Below are positions 39,904 to 42,884 of a DNA stretch of 42,884 bases, piece after piece. The notes beneath the pieces are model-generated. The model worked only from the letters and a program-made list of their open reading frames with translations, had not been told where the DNA came from and made no database searches. Origin of the DNA: Paracoccaceae bacterium (GTDB taxonomy: Bacteria > Pseudomonadota > Alphaproteobacteria > Rhodobacterales > Rhodobacteraceae); NCBI GenBank assembly GCA_007117005.1, contig SKHK01000138.1, forward strand, positions 1 to 42,884, read 5' to 3'. Positions within the stretch are counted from its first letter, which is position 1, and every line of letters starts with the position of its first letter. The translations under genes and the position numbers were made by a program.

Positions 39904-39981
39904 GCCTGCCCGTTCATCTTGCCTCAAATACTCAAGGCCGCAGGCCGGCGGCGAAGGGGGCTCGATGCCCCCGCCGCCGGC
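39904..39981. repeat. Intergenic REP/MITE-like repeat, copy 1
   Basis: GCCTGCCCG-TTCATCTTGCCTCAAATACTC...GCCGCAGGCC...AGGGGGC-n-GCCCCC; shares these blocks, in order, with 42317-42391. Confidence 0.7.
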
Positions 39982-39998
39982 AGCCCCGTCACCCGGCC

Positions 39999-41675
39999 TC
40001 AGAACAAGCCTTCCACGAAACCCGCCTCGCCGATGCGGATGCTCTCGGCCGCAGGCGCGCGCGGCAGGCCCGGCATGGTCATGATCTCGCCGCAGATCAC
40101 CACGATGAACCCGGCCCCGGCCGACAGCCGCACCTCGCGGATCGGCACGCTATGCCCAGTCGGCGCGCCGCGCAGATTGGGGTCGGTCGAGAACGAATAT
40201 TGCGTCTTGGCCATGCAGACCGGGTAATCGCCATAGCCCGCCGCCTCCCAGGCGCGCAGCTGATCGCGGATCGCCTTGTCGGCCAGCACCTCGTCGGCGT
40301 GATAGATACGCTTGGCGATCGTCTCGATCTTTTCGAACAGCCCCATATCGTCAGGATAAAGCGGCGCAAAGGCCGAGGCCCCGCTATCGGCCAGTTCCGC
40401 CACGCGCTGGGCCAGCGCCTCCACCCCGGCGCTGCCCTCGGCCCAGTGGCGGCAGACAATCGCCTCGGCCCCCTGCTCGGCGACATAGGCCTGCACGGCG
40501 GCGATCTCGGCCTCGGTGTCGGAATGGAAATGGTTGATCGCAACCACCACCGGCACGCCAAAGCCCTTCACATTGGCGATGTGGCGGCCCAGGTTGGGGC
40601 AGCCGCGTTCCACCGCCGCCACATCCTCGGCGCCAAGATCGGCCTTGGCCACGCCGCCGTTCATTTTCATTGCCCGCACCGTTGCCACGATCACTGCGGC
40701 AGCCGGGTTCAGCCCGGCCTTGCGGCACTTGATGTCAAAGAACTTCTCTGCCCCCAGGTCGGCGCCGAACCCGGCCTCGGTGACCACGTAATCGGCCAGT
40801 TTCAGCGCCGTGCGCGTGGCGATCACCGAATTGCAGCCATGCGCGATATTGGCAAACGGCCCGCCATGCACGAAGGCCGGGTTGTTTTCCAGCGTCTGCA
40901 CCAGATTGGGCTGCATGGCGTCGCGCAAGAGCACCGTCATGGCGCCATCGGCCTTCAGGTCGCGCGCATAGACCGGCGTCTTGTCACGCCGATAGGCCAC
41001 CACGATAGCGCCCAGCCGCACCTGCAGGTCCGCCAGATCGCGCGCCAGACACAGGATCGCCATGACCTCTGATGCCACCGTGATGTCGAACCCGGTCTGG
41101 CGGGCAAAGCCGTTGGACACGCCGCCCAGGCCCACCACCACATCGCGCAGCGCGCGGTCGTTCATGTCCATCACCCGGCGCCAGACGATGCGCCGCTCGT
41201 CGATCTCCAGCGCATTGCCCCAATAGATATGGTTGTCGATCATCGCCGCCAGCAGGTTGTGCGCGGCGGTGATGGCGTGGAAATCGCCGGTGAAATGCAG
41301 GTTCATCTCTTCCATCGGCACCACCTGCGCATAGCCGCCCCCGGCCGCGCCGCCCTTCATGCCGAAATTCGGCCCCAGGCTGGCCTCCCGAATGCAGATC
41401 GCCGCGCGCTTGCCGATCCGGTTCAGCCCGTCGCCCAGGCCGACGGTGGTGGTGGTCTTGCCCTCGCCCGCAGGCGTGGGGTTGATCGCGGTGACCAGGA
41501 TCAGCTTGCCGTCGGGCCGCTCGGCCAGACTGTCGATGAACGCCTGCCCGATCTTGGCCTTGTCATGGCCATAGGGCAGTAGATGCTCTGCCGGGATCCC
41601 CAGCTTGTCGCCTACCTGCTGGATCGGCTGCTTCGATGCCTCGCGGGCAATCTCGATATCACTCTTGAAGGCCAT
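39999..41675 (-). CDS. fhs: Formate--tetrahydrofolate ligase
   Basis: [67 protein letters not shown]; AGGAG RBS. Confidence 0.97.
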   Translation of the reverse strand: MAFKSDIEIAREASKQPIQQVGDKLGIPAEHLLPYGHDKAKIGQAFIDSLAERPDGKLILVTAINPTPAGEGKTTTTVGLGDGLNRIGKRAAICIREASLGPNFGMKGGAAGGGYAQVVPMEEMNLHFTGDFHAITAAHNLLAAMIDNHIYWGNALEIDERRIVWRRVMDMNDRALRDVVVGLGGVSNGFARQTGFDITVASEVMAILCLARDLADLQVRLGAIVVAYRRDKTPVYARDLKADGAMTVLLRDAMQPNLVQTLENNPAFVHGGPFANIAHGCNSVIATRTALKLADYVVTEAGFGADLGAEKFFDIKCRKAGLNPAAAVIVATVRAMKMNGGVAKADLGAEDVAAVERGCPNLGRHIANVKGFGVPVVVAINHFHSDTEAEIAAVQAYVAEQGAEAIVCRHWAEGSAGVEALAQRVAELADSGASAFAPLYPDDMGLFEKIETIAKRIYHADEVLADKAIRDQLRAWEAAGYGDYPVCMAKTQYSFSTDPNLRGAPTGHSVPIREVRLSAGAGFIVVICGEIMTMPGLPRAPAAESIRIGEAGFVEGLF

Positions 41676-41789
41676 GCCGGTCTCCTGCTGGCGTGGGTGG
41701 CGTCTGCTGCCTCTGCATAGGCAGTTGGCGTCGCGGCGTGAACACCGTTTGCGACGCCTCGTCGCCGGTTTTCGGCACAACTGACGCAG

Positions 41790-42311
41790 TCACTGCGCCG
41801 CGCCCTTTTCCCAGGGCAAGGGCGGTTGGGCATAGCCGATGTAGAGCGGGTGCTTCGGATGCCCCGCCTGGCTGAGCCCCAGATGAAAGAGCGGCCGCCC
41901 CGATGTCCGCAACAGCCGCTCCACAGCCGGGCCGCGGCCCAGATGCGCGCCATGCGTACCCCAGGCACAGATGACCGTATCAGCCCAGCCCGCCCCCTCG
42001 CCGATCGCTGCATCATTCGCTGGGCCCACCGGGTCCGGTTCGGCCCGCATCACCCGCGGATCGGTGGCACGAAAGGCAAAGATGTTGCAGACGCGAAAGG
42101 CACCGAACCCCAACGCCCGCGCGCGGCGTTCACAGCGCTCCACCGTCGGGTCATTCTGCACCTCCGTCGCGGTCGAGGGGTTGAGCATGACGAACAGCAC
42201 CCGCCTGCCGCCCGCATCCCAGACCCGCGTCAGCGCATACCGATAGCGCAGGCACGGCGAATAAAGCGCCACGCTGTCGGCGTCGCCCTTCCGGTGTTCC
42301 CGCGTGATCAT
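41790..42311 (-). CDS. DUF1643 family protein
   Basis: YRYALTRVWD, FVMLNPSTA..NDPTV.RC, NIFAFRATDP, CAWG, HPKHPLY. The alternative ATG at 42332 lies inside the repeat. Confidence 0.88.
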   Translation of the reverse strand: MITREHRKGDADSVALYSPCLRYRYALTRVWDAGGRRVLFVMLNPSTATEVQNDPTVERCERRARALGFGAFRVCNIFAFRATDPRVMRAEPDPVGPANDAAIGEGAGWADTVICAWGTHGAHLGRGPAVERLLRTSGRPLFHLGLSQAGHPKHPLYIGYAQPPLPWEKGAAQ

Positions 42312-42316
42312 GCCCT

Positions 42317-42391
42317 GCCTGCCCGTCTTCATCTCGCTTAAAATACTCCGGGGGTGAATTCGCCGCAGGCCAAGAGGGGGCAGCGCCCCCT
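42317..42391. repeat. Intergenic REP/MITE-like repeat, copy 2
   Basis: GCCTGCCCGTC-TTCATCTCGCTTAAAATACTC-CGGGGGTGAATTC-GCCGCAGGCC-AAG-AGGGGGCAGCGCCCCCT. Confidence 0.7.
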
Positions 42392-42397
42392 GCGCCC

Positions 42398-42883
42398 TCA
42401 GTCGGCCGCGAACCGCCCGGCAAAGCGCGCCCGCAGCGCCGCCTTCTGCACCTTGCCCATCGTGTTGCGCGGCAGTTCCGGCACCAGCTCCACCGCGCGC
42501 GGCTGCTTGAATCGCGCCAGGGCGCCCTGCATCGCCGTCATCACCGCGTCCGGCTCCAGCGCCGCGCCCGGCTGCGGCACCAGCACGGCCAGCACCGCCT
42601 CGCCCAGATCCGGATGCGGCACGCCGATCACCGCGCTTTCCAGAACGCCGGACAGGGCATCCAGCACCAGCTCCACCTCCTTGGGGTAGATGTTGTAGCC
42701 GCCCGCGATGATCAGATCCTTCTGCCGGCCGACGATCTGCAGATAGCCGTCCGCGTCCAGCCGCCCCAGATCGCCGCTGACGAAGAACCCGTCCGCCCGC
42801 ATCTCTGCCGCGGTCTTTTCCGGCATCTGCCAGTAGCCCTGAAAGACATTCGGCCCGCGCAGCTCCACCATGCCGGTCTCGCC
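42398..42883 (-). CDS. matB: Malonyl-CoA synthetase-like acyl-CoA ligase (C-terminal part; 5' end outside window)
   Basis: RGPNVFQGYWQMPEKT, SGDLG, GRQKDLII.GGYNIYPKEVE, LPRNTMGKVQK. Confidence 0.8.
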   Translation of the reverse strand, partial: GETGMVELRGPNVFQGYWQMPEKTAAEMRADGFFVSGDLGRLDADGYLQIVGRQKDLIIAGGYNIYPKEVELVLDALSGVLESAVIGVPHPDLGEAVLAVLVPQPGAALEPDAVMTAMQGALARFKQPRAVELVPELPRNTMGKVQKAALRARFAGRFAAD

Positions 42884-42884
42884 C

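Noticed and set aside
39832-41789. ZMP/ZTP or THF-II riboswitch upstream of fhs or folD
   Set aside because: The context fits, but the conserved cores (GACUGGCG...CGCCUGGGC; CCGUUCAACUCG) are absent from both leaders.

Overview
High-GC alphaproteobacterial (Rhodobacteraceae-like) chromosomal window made mostly of housekeeping genes. In order: leuD (partial), an unknown membrane protein, an EEP-fold protein, asd, an ABC1/UbiB kinase, addAB, hslV (no hslU beside it), a SAM methyltransferase, tyrB-GNAT-sseA, zapE, a small 4-Cys protein, serC-serA with a serC-leader RNA, a divergent tauR/tpa pair with a TauR-type direct-repeat operator, a VOC protein and parC. Next is an ~11.5 kb Tad/Cpa pilus cluster (cpaB, cpaC, OmpA lipoprotein, cpaE, cpaF, tadB, tadC, two TPR lipoproteins, cpaA) ending in an uncharacterised winged-helix/AAA+ ATPase. 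A PaaI thioesterase, folD, fhs, DUF1643 and partial matB close the window. I saw no transposase, integrase, CRISPR array, tRNA or rRNA. The best leads are the extra wHTH-AAA+ ATPase of the Tad cluster, the FNR-box/palindrome-controlled 4-Cys protein, the apparently degenerate EEP protein with a possible CTG start, the methyltransferase after hslV, and a two-copy REP-like element. All calls come from motif recognition by eye; no searches were run.
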